A stretch of 63,495 bases of DNA, the filler included, from Rhabdomonas costata (lineage: Eukaryota), in assembly GCA_019059605.1 (NCBI GenBank). It is 24 parts of 24 records of this genome, joined end to end, with 100 filler letters (N's around TTAATTAATTAA, not from the genome) between each part and the next. Parts side by side here need not be neighbours in the genome. Positions count along the whole stretch, not along the records: positions 60,948 to 63,495 come from JAHMHO010002924.1; 23 more parts are not named here. The stretch is one strand, 5' to 3'. The notes beneath the pieces were generated by a model that saw only the letters and a program-made list of their open reading frames with translations, made no database searches and was not told the DNA's origin. Both the position numbers and the translations under genes were made by a program. This document shows positions 61,795 to 63,495 of this stretch, one piece after another (the first letter of the stretch is position 1; each line of letters begins with the position of its first letter).

Positions 61795-63441
61795 CAGAGA
61801 CACACAGACTGCAAGAGCTCCCCACGAAGTGGCCGCGGTAGTCGTTGTAGCAGGTGCACAGCCCGCTGGTGGAGTTGGCATTGTTGAAGTTGTTGCACAC
61901 CCCGTTGTTATTGCACGGGGTGCAGGCCCCACCCTGTGCCACCCAAACGCAACATCAAGCGCCAAACACACTCATGTAAGAACTGGGGCGCAGCTGGTCG
62001 TTGCTCGGCAGTTGGTGGGCAGACACCAATACGCATTGCTTGCACGAGGCATTGCTGATGTGGAGGTCCCACTTTTCTGGCCAAGGGGGTGCAGACCCTT
62101 CTATTGCTGGACAGAGAAACCTTCCAGAGAAACCTCAGTGGGGCATTAAAGCTGGGTTTAGCAGCGCTTAAACTAAACGTACACAAAAAACAAACAGGCC
62201 ACATCCAACGGGGACTTCTTCGTTTTAGCTCAGAAAAATAGCAGTTGCCCCTTGCCAAGGCCTAGCAAACATCTCAACATGCCTGAAGATCGAATTTCAC
62301 TATCGATATTCATTATTTACATTGTTACCAAAAAGTCCAGTGTCCAACATCAGCACTACAGCACAGCAGCGTACGCATGCATACACCCATGCAAAGAGAG
62401 AAGTGAGGGGAGAAAGGAGAATGAGTATTGAGCACATAGCGCGCTGGATGCGAGGCAAAAACAGATGAACGTGAACTGCTCCCCAACTCGGGTCCGTAAA
62501 ATGCATCTGATGGGGGGCAAAAATGCACCAGCGCCTTGCGTAACTCTTTTGCTTTCCGCACGCGGGTTTGCATTATTACATTTCTTGTTTGTTAACAGAC
62601 ATAAAGTTCTGTCCTCATTACCTCAGCGTAGCCAAAAAGAACTCCGAACCAAGTTTTCCCCTCGCCGGCTGCACAGCTGCAGTTTGCGTGTGGGTAGGAG
62701 GGATGAAGTGGGAGGTCTGGGGAGCGGGCGGGGGGAGGGGTACCGGACAAGCGTTGGTGCACTGAATGCCATAGTACCCGCTGGCGCACTGCTGACATGC
62801 TGAGCCCGCCCAGTGCCCCGTGGCATCCGTGTCGTAACAAATGCACTGGGGGGTGGTGCCTCCGGTTGGAATCCCGCACACCTTCACCCCCCCAAAAAAA
62901 ATACCCAATACCTCACACAGACATGCACCAACGACTTCCTGCCATTCTCTGCATCACGCGACCCATGCTCAAGAAAGACGCCTTTGCTTCTGTGCAAGGT
63001 GCCACTGTACCATGACTGCCTATGCAGGAAAAAAATCTCGAACTCTCTTTTTGTCTTAAACCCACGCCCACACGCTTTCATGCGCAGACATATGAAATGC
63101 TGTATCATCAGCTGTATTATAGCGCAGCCTTCGACGATCGACTGAAAACCTGCACGAGATATGCACATTGGCTGAATGATAAACTAATTTCACATTCACA
63201 TACCATTAATGTACAGCATGATGCCGATGTCTTCGGGATGTGGCGATCGCGGTGAAAGCGGAAAGTAAGAGGCTATCTCTGCTTGAGCTTAAGTGAATCT
63301 CGGCAAGTAAAAAAATGAAAATGGAAAGATAAAAACAAGACCCCGTTTCCATTGCACAGCGGCACGGCGCAGGTCATGTTGCAGTAGGTCCCAAACCACA
63401 GCGTCATGCACTTCAGGCAATACACGGAGGGGTCAAAGTTC
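61795..63441 (-). CDS. Laminin/EGF-like Cys-rich repeat exons (~63441-63341, 62881-62744, 61933-61795)
   Basis: CLKCMTLWFGTYCNMTC...CNGNG-VC...CICY...GHWAGSACQQCASGYYGIQCTNACP-GGACTPCNNNGVC...CTCYNDYRGHFVGSSCSLC. Confidence 0.85.
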
Positions 63442-63495
63442 CTGCCAAAAGAAATGATATCCCCACCCGTTTTTTCGGATCATCACCACCCCACA

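Noticed and set aside
1-63495. tRNA, rRNA, SL RNA, snoRNA or ribozyme genes
   Set aside because: None was recognised by eye. An Infernal/tRNAscan search would be needed to exclude divergent ones.

Overview
This window is not one locus. It is 24 unrelated contigs of about 2.55 kb, joined by 100-nt artificial linkers (N44-TTAATTAATTAA-N44). Most contigs start with G/T-only bases and end with A/C-only bases, and six ends carry fold-back hairpins, which points to degenerate-primer whole-genome amplification. The DNA is nuclear DNA from an intron-rich eukaryote with GT-AG introns, several likely GC-AG introns and weak donor sites. At least one non-AG intron with base-paired ends suggests a euglenid (inference). 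Hand-spliced gene fragments include a SIR2_2-type sirtuin-fold protein, a kinesin-14-like motor, dolichol kinase, Mog1, a CRAL-TRIO protein, a chagasin-like inhibitor, a sterol desaturase-like enzyme, a histidine kinase, an intronless PAS-like/Zn/REC response regulator, DUF488, one kinase fragment and two pseudokinases, EGF repeats and a disrupted Na+/solute symporter. One compositionally distinct, intronless contig encodes a Maelstrom/arenavirus-NP-like nuclease fold. The best leads are the intron-containing immune-type SIR2 gene, the nonconventional intron in dolichol kinase and the Maelstrom-like ORF. All calls come from manual motif reading; no database searches were run.
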